Below, piece after piece: positions 43,216 through 56,770 of a DNA stretch of 64,000 nucleotides. Numbering within the stretch: position 1 is the first letter of the stretch; every line of letters starts with the position of its first letter. The position numbers and the translations under genes were made by a program. The notes under the pieces were generated by a model that was not told the DNA's origin, ran no database searches, and saw only the letters and a program-made list of their open reading frames with translations. Source of the stretch: Paraspadella gotoi (taxonomy: Eukaryota; Animalia; Chaetognatha); assembly GCA_051294375.1 (NCBI GenBank), contig CM119268.1:2478063-2542062 (forward strand), in the 5' to 3' direction.

Positions 43216-43379
43216 NGAGAAAGGTAAGTGGCGGCGAATCGTCGGGGATCGCGTCATGGGCCGCGTCGCGTCGTTCGGTTTTGTTTCTTCGCTTCGGTCC
43301 GTTAATCGCGATCGGTCGACTGTTCACTCGTTTCTTCTCGCAGTCCTTTTATCGTCCTTTTGTCGACGTCGGCCGCCAT
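43216..43379 (-). CDS. Candidate first coding exon (low confidence)
   Basis: GC-rich island with ATG GCG GCC GAC GTC GAC at 43379. An indel is needed to reach the open frame VNSRPIAINGPKRRNKTERRDAAHDAIPDDSPP. The 3' end is in an N gap. Confidence 0.3.
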
Positions 43380-46300
43380 CTATCGGTCAGAATCTCAAGT
43401 GACGCTCGTCGAGTGACGCGAAGTGGGGGAAGAGAGACGACGACGAAGGTGCATAGTTTTAGAGAGGAGAGAGGGAGAGAGTTAATTGTCGATTAGCGGA
43501 GAAGTTTCTGGAAAAAGGGTTATAGTCGTAAATAAAATAATACCACGTTGTTTAAAATGGTAATCTGACCCAGGGTCAGATAGGAAGCAAGAAGATGATG
43601 ATTGTTTAATAACTAACGAATGAAAAATACAGAAATTGAAATTGAAATTTGCTACGCAAAAAATCGGCGAGTCCTCAAATTTTCAAAGAGGTCCTTGAGT
43701 GCCATTTTAGAGAGAGAGAGAGAGAGAGAGAGANNNNNNNNNNNNNNNNNNNNNNNNNNNNNNNNNNNNNNNNNNNNNNNNNNNNNNNNNNNNNNNNNNN
43801 NNNNNNNNNNNNNNNNNNNNNNNNNNNNNNNNNNNNNNNNNNNNNNGAGAGAAAGAAAGATGGCGTGACAAATTTTTATGGAGCAATGGAGCTGCTCAGA
43901 TAATTAAAACATTCGAAAATAAACAACAAGAAATTTTAGAGAAGAAAATCTTGAAATGTTTGTTAGATTATTGATCCAGCATCATCAGTACTGATGATCA
44001 ATAATCAATAATCAATAATGATTACTGATGATTACTGATGATCATCATTGATCCTGCATCATCAGTACTTCATTTACCCACCACTCGCTGTTTGTCCCCC
44101 CCCAATACTGTCCAGTGTCCAGTGTCGTCTCTATACAGGGCGGACTGTAGGTATTTCTTGAAACCTAATTTAACCTGATTTAGGCTATTCGTCGTAAATT
44201 TTTGACTTAATTTCCACGCCGTATTTAAAATGATGTGATATCAAAAGAACCATTTTGGAATGAAAGGAAAATTTTGCGGGTCCCCTGTACGGAGTTTGGA
44301 TGTTGGAAGCGCTTGAGCAGANNNNNNNNNNNNNNNNNNNNNNNNNNNNNNNNNNNNNNNNNNNNNNNNNNNNNNNNNNNNNNNNNNNNNNNNNNNNNNN
44401 NNNNNNNNNNNNNNNNNNNNNNNNNNNNNNNNNNNNNNNNNNNNNNNNNNNNNNNNNNNNNNNNNNNNNNNNNNNNNNNNNNNNNNNNNNNNNNNNNNNN
44501 NNNNNNNNNNNNNNNNNNNNNNNNNNNNNNNNNNNNNNNNNNNNNNNNNNNNNNNNNNNNNNNNNNNNNNNNNNNNNNNNNNNNNNNNNNNNNNNNNNNN
44601 NNNNNNNNNNNNNNNNNNNNNNNNNNNNNNNNNNNNNNNNNNNNNNNNNNNNNNNNNNNNNNNNNNNNNNNNNNNNNNNNNNNNNNNNNNNNNNNNNNNN
44701 NNNNNNNNNNNNNNNNNNNNNNNNNNNNNNNNNNNNNNNNNNNNNNNNNNNNNNNNNNNNNNNNNNNNNNNNNNNNNNNNNNNNNNNNNNNNNNNNNNNN
44801 NNNNNNNNNNNNNNNNNNNNNNNNNNNNNNNNNNNNNNNNNNNNNNNNNNNNNNNNNNNNNNNNNNNNNNNNNNNNNNNNNNNNNNNNNNNNNNNNNNNN
44901 NNNNNNNNNNNNNNNNNNNNNNNNNNNNNNNNNNNNNNNNNNNNNNNNNNNNNNNNNNNNNNNNNNNNNNNNNNNNNNNNNNNNNNNNNNNNNNNNNNNN
45001 NNNNNNNNNNNNNNNNNNNNNNNNNCGAAGAGCGAATTAAATTTAAAACAGGAAACTCGAAATTCCCACCACAACTGGTTTTCAATGTTTTCCTTTGTTT
45101 TTTTTTCCAAAACTCATTTTCTATACATGGAAAATCGTCGAGTTGTCGCGTTCGACCTGAGAAAACAGAAAACAGAGAAAATAAACAAAACGGAAAACAG
45201 AGAATGGGAAGGAAACCCTGAAAATAAAACAGAGAGAGATCAAAGTGAAAACATTCGCATTTACGTAGTAATAATAATTAATAAATAATATTAGATAGTT
45301 TTTTTATTATGAAATAACTATGCTATAAGCAAGATAAATTTTGCCAAATATTTCGTCATATATTTTTATGACATCATCAGTGGTAAAAGGACAGTAACAG
45401 ATTTAAAAAATAATAATTGACAAAAAGTTAAATTAGTTATCATCGTCATTTTTTAAAATTTGTTCATATGTTGTTTTTGTTGGTTACTTTTGTAAGTACA
45501 ATGAAGTATACTTGTTGTTATTGTTACAATTTGCTCCGGTTTGGAGCCCGTTGTCGCTTTGTCCGTACGGATTTTACGATCCTTTCTTGCTAAAAAAAAA
45601 AACAAAAACAAAAAACTGATAACGACAAAAGTCATTCGGTGGAGATTGACCCGAAATAAAAAGGGAAAAGAATTAAAAAAAAAACCCTTTTACAGAAATT
45701 AAAAATCTGAAGAATAATCTTTAAATTGAAAAATAAAAGGGACGATTAATAACTAAACTTAATAACTAAAATTTAGTGAAGTAAATATTAAAAATATTAA
45801 AAATATTAAAAATTAGAATCTCCCCCGAAAAAATATCTTACAACAAACCCGGGNNNNNNNNNNNNNNNNNNNNNNNNNNNNNNNNNNNNNNNNNNNNNNN
45901 NNNNNNNNNNNNNNNNNNNNNNNNNNNNNNNNNNNNNNNNNNNNNNNNNNNNNNNNNNNNNNNNNNNNNNNNNNNNNNNNNNNNNNNNNNNNNNNNNNNN
46001 NNNNNNNNNNNNNNNNNNNNNNNNNNNNNNNNNNNNNNNNNNNNNNNNNNNNNNNNNNNNNNNNNNNNNNNNNNNNNNNNNNNNNNNNNNNNNNNNNNNN
46101 NNNNNNNNNNNNNNNNNNNNNNAAAAAAAATGGAGATGAAGAGAGAAATTTCCGAGTCTGGAAATATTTCGTCATGTCAACGACTGAGGAGGAGACGAGN
46201 NNNNNNNNNAGAGAGAGATTGTTTTTTATATCCGGCTTCGATTGTTATATCCTTACTCATTAATGTTTAATTCAATTATGATTTTTTATGATTTTTTTTC

Positions 46301-48319
46301 TTTTCTTTTTGTCATCTCGAATATTTAATTTAGTCAAAGAAAAACATGTTTCTAGACAAAAAAATTCGTGTGGAACTTTGGCCGGGAGATCAGGCTCGCC
46401 TGTATTTTGTATTCTATCAGTCTTGCCTGTATAATCTGAATTGCAAATTATAGAAATTATAGAAAATAAATTCCTTTATATATTTTCATTCGTTATCATT
46501 CTTGTACGAACGAAAGCACGTACGAAACTACGAACTTACGAAAAAAAACAAAAAACGATCGAACGAAAATTGACAAAATACGTCATGCGGAAAATGTCGT
46601 CAATCAATCGCCCGGCATTTCTGAAAAGTCTAGACAAATCAAGTTTCGATTGAAATATTGAAATTTGAATAAAAATTCCTCTTGATTTCGTTTTGTTTAT
46701 GCTTATTCAGGCTCTTTGGATAAAATGCATACAATTTAAGAATTAAATATACAGTCAGAAATGAGAATTGTGACTATTTAACGTATTTACCAAGTAAACA
46801 TTAAAATAGCAACATTTCCGAGTTCTTTCCTCTCCCTCTTTACATTTCCTATTACTTATATTTTGACATATCTCTTTATCCCCTTCCTCTTTTTTCCCCC
46901 TTCCTCTATTTGTATGTTACCAAAAGAGATCATAAATCTCATTTGCATATAGTAGTAAATTATTCAAACAATCACGGGTTTATGTGGACTATATCTGGGT
47001 GTTTCTCTCTCTAAATGCCCCGTCCCTTTCTTTCTCTATACATCCCCTTTCCCTATTCCCTATTCCCCGCAGGGTCACCCACGACCTCTCACGCGAGGGG
47101 ACGTCGTCAAAAACGCGACCTCGCCTCACAAATCCTAGCGATTCGGACGAAGCACCAGTTTCCGATTTGGAGAAAAAGAAAATTACATTGCTTTACTACT
47201 TAAAATTTATTTGAGATATTTATTGATTTGAACGTTTTTGAACGTTATATTTTATAGTTTCTTATGAATTAGTTCTTGAACGTTATATTTTATAGTTCCT
47301 TATGAATTAGTTTATAATACTATTTAAACCATTTAGTGTCTTTTGTTTTTGTTGAATTTGAATAGTTTAGTTTTTACTTGTTTACTGTTTTTTAGTCTTA
47401 AACATTGATACTGTTTCTGATTTTGTCAATACTGTTTTTGGTATTAAAAAAAAAAGATATTTATTGATTTTTATTGAAATAACATATGGAAAACAAATAT
47501 CAAGTTACAACAAATATAATATTATAATAAATTAGATATTAAATAAATTGTTTAATATTGTATTCAATAAAGATGAAATTTTTGATGAATATAAAGCCTA
47601 TTTTGGATCTCAGGCCTCAAAGTCGAATTTAACTTTTTAGCTAAGAAAACAAAAAATAGAATGTATAAATGAAAGAATCAAAACTAATAGCGTTTTAACC
47701 TAAGGAGATGCCACATGAGAAAAACGAAAAAAAGGAACCAAAAAAAAGAAGAGATAAATGACCCTCCAATAGTGATTCGATAAAGAATCGTCACGAAAAC
47801 GCCTCGCGGTTCGACTTTATAATTTCGCGCCATCTGTGGGTCGTAGATTAAAAGTTGTTTACGATTCCGCCGAGCGAGGATTGAGATAGTTTACGAAATT
47901 GGTTTCTGACGCGTGACATCTTCCTTTCGCCCGACGAAAACGTCAACGTATTTTATTTCATTGACAAGAGAGAAAATATATAATGATTCGAGTACGAAAT
48001 TAAAAATTTGAGAGTTTGATATAGCAACATTTAGATTCGTGTCATAAAAAAAAGGGACATCGGTTGTTCTTTTTTTTTAATGTTTTTTTTTTCCAAAAGA
48101 TGACGCCTCAAATGGTCGCCGACTAATTCGCGTGAAATATTAAGCGTGAGGAGATGATTCTCTCAGCTTGGGAGGTCATGATTAAATCAAATAAGCAGAT
48201 ATAATCGGTTTAGTTTCCCAAAGAAAAAAAAAATATTTTTTTTTTCTCATACAGTCACTTCCATGTGATTCTAACGGTCAATTTTCGTTTAATTATGAAG
48301 AGAGAGAAAGAGAGAGAGA

Positions 48320-48363
<44 letters not shown>

Positions 48364-48769
48364 GAGAGAGAGGAGAGAGAGAGAGAGAGAGAAGAGTCAG
48401 AATTAAAGTTTTTATCTAATAAATCGTTGTTATATAGATCAAACTTCGTTTTCGCTAATCATTAAAACACAACGAAATGAAAGGAATAAAACAATATGAA
48501 TATTATCTTAAAAATTTTCAGTTTGTCAATTTCGATACAGTATATACTTAAATATATATATAAATTTAAATATATATATATAATTATATATAATATAATA
48601 ATATAATAATAATAATTTATAATATGTAAATATATATAATGTATATATAAATTAGAGATATGAATATAAAGAAAAAATGTGTTGGCAGCACAAAGATGTC
48701 ACGACGTCACGTGACACAACAAAATGGAAGCGACGAAGATTCGAAAACAAAAGACGGTTTTCAACGATT

Positions 48770-48892
48770 GCTCGTTCGCCTTTCGTCGTTCGCCTTTCAT
48801 CGTTCGCCTTTCGTCGTTCGCCTTTCGTCGTTCGTCGTTCGTCGTTCGTCGTTCGTCGTTCGTCGTTCGTCGTTCGTCGTTCGTCGTTCGTC
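48770..48892 (+). repeat. (TTCGTCG)n / TTCGCCTTTCGTCG tandem repeat
   Basis: Directly visible 7/14 bp period. Confidence 0.9.
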
Positions 48893-49527
48893 TTTTAATT
48901 TTGTCATTCAATTGTTTGTAAAAGTATTTCGTTTTATTGACCATCGTCTTTCTTGTTGTTTTCTCCGTTGTTTTTCTATCCGATCGGGGATGAGTCTGTT
49001 TCTTCTCCCCCTTTTATGTTTTTCTTTCCTTGTTGTTTTTTTCGTTGTTTTCCTCGTTGTTTTCTTAGCCGATCGGGGAAGAGTCTGTTTCTTTTCCCTC
49101 TTTTATCTTTTTCTTTCCTCCTTTTTGATTTGGAAAGAGTCACGTCCTCTTGTTTTCTTTTTACGTTGTTGTTATTGTTGTTCTTGTTTCTTTTTTTTTC
49201 GATTCTTGTGTAATTGTTGGCTCAGATGTTGTGGATGCCAGTTTTTTTTGGTTTTTTTTTGGTATTTGTTTACATTGTGTTTTTATTCAAAAACTTCGTC
49301 AATTGTTTCAAGGAAAAGAGGAAAAGAAAGAAGCTGCAAAGAGTTGGAGACGCAGTTTCACCATATTTGACAAACTACTATAATTAATATCAATAATATC
49401 ATTCAATATTATATCGTTTATTTTTACGTAACTCGAAAAGGTCTGGATTGAAGCACGCGGTAAAACCATAAATCTTTAATTGATGAGAACGCCAAAGTGA
49501 AACTTAATTATCTTTTCCTGGAGTGAT

Positions 49528-49592
<65 letters not shown>

Positions 49593-49737
49593 CCCTCGCT
49601 CGCTCAACTTTAGGATCCGGTGAACGAATTAACAGATTATTGGTACCCAACTTTAAATTAAATTTTATTCGATTATTTAAATCTAGCGGCTAAATAACTT
49701 TTTGATTGTTCACTTATTTTCTGGGCGTCCACGGACA

Positions 49738-49833
<96 letters not shown>

Positions 49834-50621
49834 AAATGAAAAATGAAAAATGAAAAATGAAAAATGAAAGAAAGACACGCATAAAAAAATGTAAGTTTTT
49901 TTCTGCCAAGTTATTGTTCCGAGATTTAAACCGATTCATCACTCAATGTACATTTCAATTCGAAATGAAAGATCCCCCCAAAGATAAAAAAAAAGAAGTT
50001 ACTAAGATCCGGTTTTACTAGTTAAAACAAACGAACAATACAGATTCAGAGACCCGGCTTTGAATATTTCAATATTTGCTCGAATGAAGAACGAAAATGT
50101 TTCCGAAATAAAAACACGAATCGTTCGGACTTTATTATATATTTATTGGATTCTCTATCATCGTCCCTTCAAACCTCATGAATTAAAATGTAATGGACTC
50201 GGATGAAATGTTTATCCGTTGATTATATTTCTATCTCATTCAGATTCCAGATGTTACAAAGAGATGTATTAGATTTGAGGAGGAGGGGGGGTCGATCGGG
50301 GGAAAAGACAATGAGGGGGTGGAGACAAAGAGAGAGGAGAGGCAGGAGTGGGGGAGGGGAGAGAGACAAGAAAAGAAATTCGATTGAGGAAATAATAGAG
50401 AGAAAGAGAGGGTCGAAAATACGTATATAAAGGCTTCCCTGATCAGAAAAGTCGAAATTGACCAAAAGATGAAAATGAATATGGGTATTATATGTATATA
50501 TTGTATGGGTATTGGGTATTGTTCATAACGGGCAGATAAAATGAAAAAGAGTTCAAGAGAAGCAGATCAGAAAAAAAAAGACAACTGAGGAATTGTAGCG
50601 ATTCGCTACTAGAGAGGAGAT

Positions 50622-50876
50622 CAGTAATTCTTGATACAATAAATCATGATGAAACTACGTCGTGGACGATCTTTACTTTCCTCTTATCCTTTTGTCCGAT
50701 CTCCGTCCCAGAGCGACCCAACCAGAGACGCCAGTGCGTTCCCGACCCGACCATTCATCCTTACCCTTCACTCCTTCGCCGATTAGCTTAAAACCCCACA
50801 AGACTCACGAGAGTTATTTTCCCTTGAAAACTATTTTTCCCTCCTCACTCCCTGGGGAACGGAGATGATAAGGCGT
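50622..50876 (+). repeat. About 250 bp dispersed direct repeat, copy 1
   Basis: Near-identical to 56518-56770 apart from small indels. Confidence 0.92.
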
Positions 50877-50919
50877 TTAGGCCGAGGAATTTTTGAGAGG
50901 AAAAAAACTGAGATGAAGA

Positions 50920-51016
<97 letters not shown>

Positions 51017-51492
51017 GCGGTTAGGAAATGGCTTAGGTTGTAGTCGTGGCTGCATTGTTTTGATCCAGCATCGTCGATCATGATTCGTGTTCGATGTTCG
51101 AGATAATAATAATAATAAAAAAGAGGAAAATACGTTTTAGAAGATTACATTATATTATTACGATGTTTGTTTGACGTAATAATTAGAATGACGTAGATTT
51201 AAAAACAGCGGACTTTGAATACATTTTGTGTCGGGTTGTAAATGATTGTAAAGGTTATTTATTGGCACGAGGCTGAAAGTAACGGATATATTTTCTTATT
51301 TAAGGGATAAATTTACGCCTCTTGGCTAAAGTTTCCGCTTCTTAAGGGGATTTTTGTTTCGTTTTTTTCTTTTCGAAAAAAAAAAATTCTAACCGTGAAA
51401 TGTTGTTTCTTTCCTTGGCGAAGGAGGAATTCAGGTGACAAAGAAGGGCGCGAGCGAGTCGAGAGAGAGGAGAGAAACTGAGGGTGCAAGCG

Positions 51493-51526
<34 letters not shown>

Positions 51527-51536
51527 GAGGAGAGAG

Positions 51537-51576
<40 letters not shown>

Positions 51577-51799
51577 AGTCATGACTAAAAGCGCAACAAC
51601 GCTTCGTTCCATTCCGGCCTCAGGAAGTTCTGGTGAGAGCGAATAAGAAATGGAAAACATGAATCATTTATATATGTGTTTTATTCGTTTACAACAATAG
51701 TTGAAACAGTACATTCAAAAGGGCATACAGCATTACAGATAAACGCATAAATTGTACAGTTTACAATTCAACAAAATATAAATATTTAATTAACAGAAC

Positions 51800-54614
51800 G
51801 AAAAAAAAAAAGAAAAAAAATCAACAATAAGCTGACAAGATTTTTAGAATATTGTTTCTAAGAGGAAAAAGCTTGGATTCAAAGTTTTTTGATCTACAAG
51901 CAAAAATTTTTATAGATATCATTATATCCAAATGAGGACCTTAATGATCGTACACTCTCCATCTATTCCAACCAAAAATTTTTCTAATACCATCATTTAT
52001 TGCTACATTTACTTTGGTCATATCTTTTGCAAGATACTCTTTCACTTCACTTCCGTACGTAAGTATTGTGACACAATTGGTGTAGTACAAACGCATTAAA
52101 ACTTCTTCTGAGGGTTTTATATAAGGAATTAAGGAGACAATTGCTAGAGCGGTAGAAAGAGGATAACTCAGATAATGGGTCAAAGACAAATGCTTTTTCA
52201 TTACTAAGATTAAAACGCGAAATATTTCCATCGGTCTACGAATTCAATGATATTTCCTTTAATTAGTAAAGAATCTTTGTTGATACAATACTTTTGTTTG
52301 CCAAAATACATTGTTTTTGTTTTCTTAAAATTAAAACTAAAAAGCATTGCTACTACTATGTTAGCACATATATCAATCATTTTTTTCATACCAGAAATTG
52401 TTGAGATAACAAAGCTATATCGTCAGCGTAAAAAATGCTAGCAGCATAAAATGATCTATATGGCAACCAAAACCAGATTTTTCGTAATTGAATTATCAAG
52501 TCATCAACATAAACTGCCCACAGATAGGGACTTAAAATACCACCCTGACGAACCCCAGAACAACATAGAGAAATAATCTGAAAAGATGTCAGACCATCTA
52601 CACCTACTGCGGAGATTAAGGTACCAGTAAGTAATAAGTCGTAAAAAACATAAGGGAAATTTTCTCTTTATGAGTTTTAAAAATAAACCATAATGGTTAA
52701 CCTTGTCAAATCCTTTTGAGCAATCCATGAATGTAGCAAACACCCCAGAACCATTTTGCAAAAAATGATTAACACACGTCTTCATGACAAAAACAGCATG
52801 AGAAGTAGAATGATTTTTTTTGTAACCAAACTGAAGGTCATCAGACTCCAAATAGTGTCCGATTTTCATAAGTAGACATTGTTCAAACATTTGACTAAAA
52901 ACAGAACTTAAAGTTATTCCTCTATAATTTTTAGCACTGTAAATATCACCACTATAGTCTTTTACTATAGGAACAATAACTCCAGACAAAAAATCATTAC
53001 CAACATAACCTTGCTGTATAAGACCATTAAATAAAATTTGGAGATGTACAAACAATTGTGAAGGTGCATAAATTATATGCTCCGTCTTAACAAAATCTGC
53101 AGTACTTTTTCCAGCCTTTATTTTAGATGCTGCGTCTAAAATATCATTCCAAGACAAATAGTAACCGTTAATAGAATCATTACAATGTTTGGATTCATAA
53201 GTTAAATACTCGTTCTTAAATGAATCTTTTAAATTTTCATTATAATGGATCAAATCATCATAAATACTTTTAAAGTGTGACGCAAAATGATCAACAATTT
53301 TAGACTTGTCAGTAATTGAATCAATGATATTAACATCAGAGTTCTTTCTTGTATATTTTTCCACGTTTTCCAAATCTTTGATCATTTTTCTCACACATAA
53401 ATTGGTTAATGCTATTTGAAGGATCATAATTGAAAAGTTTTTTTGATTTTCGTAAACAATTTTTATATGAATAATAGCCTTAACTTTGGCGTTATGTATA
53501 GGTCCAGAAAGAGGTTTACCGGATGCCTTCCATAATTTGAATGAGTCGATAGATAACTCTTTAAACCTCGTTAATTCATCATTCCAATAGTCTTTTGAAT
53601 TTTCGGATTACTACGTGGTAAACACAAATCTGCAATTTTGATAGAAGCTATTATGTCTTCAAGATATCTCAAGGTCAAAAATATGTTCATTACAGTTACA
53701 TATCTTCTCACCATGAACTATATTACTAAAAGAACATACATTTTTTCGAGTTCAACTTTCAGTTGATTCTGATAAGCAGAAATATTTTCATCTTTTAAAC
53801 TAGACCAATTAATATAGGATTGACTATTGGTTGGTAAAACGTACTGGGTATCAAATCTACATCAAGTAGTAATTGTACGGGACAGTGATCGGAAACATTA
53901 TCTCCGTCATAAATTATCTCTACTTCACTAATTCTATTAGTCAGAGAGCTACTCAAAATATACAGTCAATAAGACTTCTAGATTTGACATTGTCACTTCT
54001 AGTCCAATAATTTTTTGGTTCAAAGTTATCAATAAGATCAAAACAGGGTATTAAATTCCACGTACTAACTGAATTGCGTAAAAGTTTAGTAAAAGGATGA
54101 GAAATATCAAAAAAATTACAATTCAATATCAACAAAAATCAAAAACATTGAGTTTAAGTTTTCAAATATAATAGATTCAATGTAACCTAACGTATCTCTA
54201 TATTCTTTTTCCTTTAGTTCTATATTGATTTGTCATAAAAGGGCATATAAGCGTTTATACATATTATGCATGAACTTTTATCAAAGATTTCAATTACAGA
54301 AACACGATTGTGATTGTATTCATACCTTGGTTTTATTGAAGACAAAATTTTTTTGGCCATAAAAATCCGTGCCGCCGTAAGGTCTTCCCCTGTTAATTTT
54401 AGAGTCAATTTTCATTCCTGATGTTCCATAGCCTTCATAGAGATCATGACACAGAGCGTAGTGAGTTTACTCCAATATGTTTTTTATTTGATGGACGAAG
54501 CCAGTGTTCCTGGATTCCGATGATAAGGTTATCAAAGTTTTCACATCTCTTTTTTTATGTAATCTCTGCTGTGATGAAACCCGTTTACATTGTGGGTCGA
54601 TAAAAGGAGTCCAT
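51800..54614 (-). pseudogene. LINE ORF2 (apurinic endonuclease + reverse transcriptase), multiple frameshifts
   Basis: ORF pieces 54220-54408, 53953-54135, 52504-53427 and 51941-52231. YADD near 52419-52430. Confidence 0.9.
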
Positions 54615-54649
54615 TATTACTTTGGTTCATTATTAATGATAGTTGGTTG

Positions 54650-55701
54650 AGCAACGGGTGTTATATCTTTATTTTCTTTTTTTCTTGGAAAAAAGAACCG
54701 ACGTACTATTACATTTTTCGGGCCAAAGTTCTGGATTGTCAATTTTTTCCACATCGGATTTTTTGATTGTCAGATGATATGATTTAAATCGATTTTGACG
54801 GCATGGGTTTTCTTCTAAGCCAATGACATTGATGCCCTTGCTTTCTAAATATTTTGTTATTGTTTCATTGTCTGTATCATGATCAACATTTCCAATGTAT
54901 CTATGAACGTGAGATCAGCACCTTTCAGGAAAGAGTCCATTCAGAAACAGATTTACCCTATTATTATGTCAGAATTAGATCGTTTAGTCGAGGATCTTTC
55001 TGTACGCGCTTTTTCAATTGAGGTTTTGTTATTCTTTGATGTAACTTTGTTCCATCCACGCATAACTGGCGGGTGGCGGTGTAAGGAGTGTATTATTCGA
55101 GATAATAGGGGAGTCTCCTTTGCCGGTTTTTGCAAAATCCTTTATAAGCGTTTGCCGAAAATTTGCTTTTGGCGTTGGAGAATTTATCAATTGTTCAAAG
55201 AAATGCTTTGGCTTATTTGAGTTCTCTCCATTATCTTATATTTTCAGTGGTTTCCGATTTCTTATGTGATTCAGGACTTGGGATAGATACTCCTTGGTGA
55301 CAGTTGTAGTAGCGATTTCAGTGACCCGTTTTTCCAGCTTAGAAAGACAGGTCAGGATTGACAATAAGGACTGATTTCCAGCTCATCGTGTGGAACTTTG
55401 TTTATATTTTTGGAGACGAACATGGGGAGAGGTTCATCAGCGCAATCACAGACTTTAAAGATCGTTATTATGTCTTCTATCGATTTTTTCGGATCTTTGC
55501 GTCTTGGAAAGTTTCTCCGTCCTCCATTGAACTCGCATTTTTCGACAGTTTTTTGCAGTTCAATTTTTGCACTTTCTATTTCTTCAGGACTATAAAATGT
55601 TTACACAAGTAGCATTTATTGTATATGTCAGGAGTTGTTTCTATTCGGTTTTGAACGTAGTATAAAAGTTCATTCACGATTATTTTGGTCGAAGCAGCCA
55701 T
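54650..55701 (-). pseudogene. LINE ORF1, frameshifted
   Basis: MAASTKIIVNELLYYVQNRI...FYSPEEIESAKIEL at the 5' end. ITKYLESKGI...FKSYHLTIKKSDVEKIDNPELW..VIVRRF at the 3' end. Both resemble ORF1 of RTEX-type LINEs. Confidence 0.75.
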
Positions 55702-56517
55702 GGTGCTGACGCTGCTAGATTCTTCGTATCTCCTTCCCGTTGAAAATCATAGGGAGAGGAGCCAAAATTGCCCAGGATCCGTAAAAAAGTCAACGCAGTC
55801 CAGTGCGTTCAGTTTTTGGTGAAAAAAAATATTAAGATTTAGCGGAGCTCGGTCGGTTCGGTTCGGCCGGAATTTCGACCGTTACGTTATTATCNNNNNN
55901 NNNNNNNNNNNNNNNNNNNGCTACTATTATATTAGGGACTAATGATATATAAATCGGGTATGAAGTTTTAGAGAACACTACGTAGGACATAACATAGGAT
56001 AACTTAAGATAACGTAAGATAACATAAGATAAAATTTTGAGAATGCGCGAAACAATTAAAATTATTCGAGAGCGAGACGATGTTTTTGCTCCATATTTTT
56101 TTAGAGAGAAAGAAAAAAGTCAAAACAATTCGTTCTGGTTTGAGATGCGTTAAAACCTTTTCTTTTTTCTTTCGTCGGATTTATAAAAAGAATTAAATCA
56201 TGAAATTTCAATCAATCAACTCCGCCCACACTCCCCTTCCCGTGAACTTCTCTTGGCAAACTCGTGATAGTAAGGTTTTTCACGTGATCCCTCCCCTCTC
56301 TTCCTCACACCTCACATCCATGGAGCAAATCAAGTTTCTTTTTTTTTTATTGTATCAAAAAATAATTGATCTAATTTATGGCGCATCTGCACTGGGGTCC
56401 TTCTCCTTTCTTCTCTTCATTCCCGACTTCCCCCATTTTTTTTTCACATTCGTGATAGTGAATCGAAAACAGTGTGAGTCCTAATAAATCAAAAATTCTA
56501 AATCATAAATTATTTAC

Positions 56518-56770
56518 AGTAAATTCTTGATACAATAAATCATGATGAAACTACGTCGTGGACGATCTTTACTTTCCTCTTATCCTTTTGTCCGATCTCC
56601 GTCCCAGAGCGACCCAACCAGAGACGCCAGTGCGTTCCCGACCCGACACATTCATCCTTACCCTTCACTCCTTCGCCGATTAGCTTAAAACCCCACAAGA
56701 CTCACGAGTTATTTTCCCTTGAAAACCTATTTTTCCCTCCTCACTCCCGGGGACACGGGAGATGATAAGC
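56518..56770 (+). repeat. About 250 bp dispersed direct repeat, copy 2
   Basis: Near-identical to 50622-50876. Confidence 0.92.

Larger units (their letters stand above)
51660..55894 (-). mobile_element. Near full-length non-LTR retrotransposon (ORF1 + APE-RT ORF2), RTEX-like, frameshifted
   Basis: ORF2 fragments: THNVNG, GIQEHWL, INAYMP, SDHCPV (APE); NYRGITLSS, QFGYK, DCSKGFDKVNH, RQGG, GFGCHI..FYADD (RT). ORF1 fragments upstream. A-rich 3' region with AATAAA near 51680. Clade assignment is from motif recall only. Confidence 0.9.

Noticed and set aside
42411-46175. ORFs containing long X runs (also near 19.3, 30.9 and 63.4 kb)
   Set aside because: They are open only because they cross N gaps.
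50622-56770. LTR retrotransposon (direct repeats flanking an RT)
   Set aside because: The RT is preceded by an APE domain and a LINE-type ORF1. There is no integrase or protease, and the repeats are not adjacent to the element.
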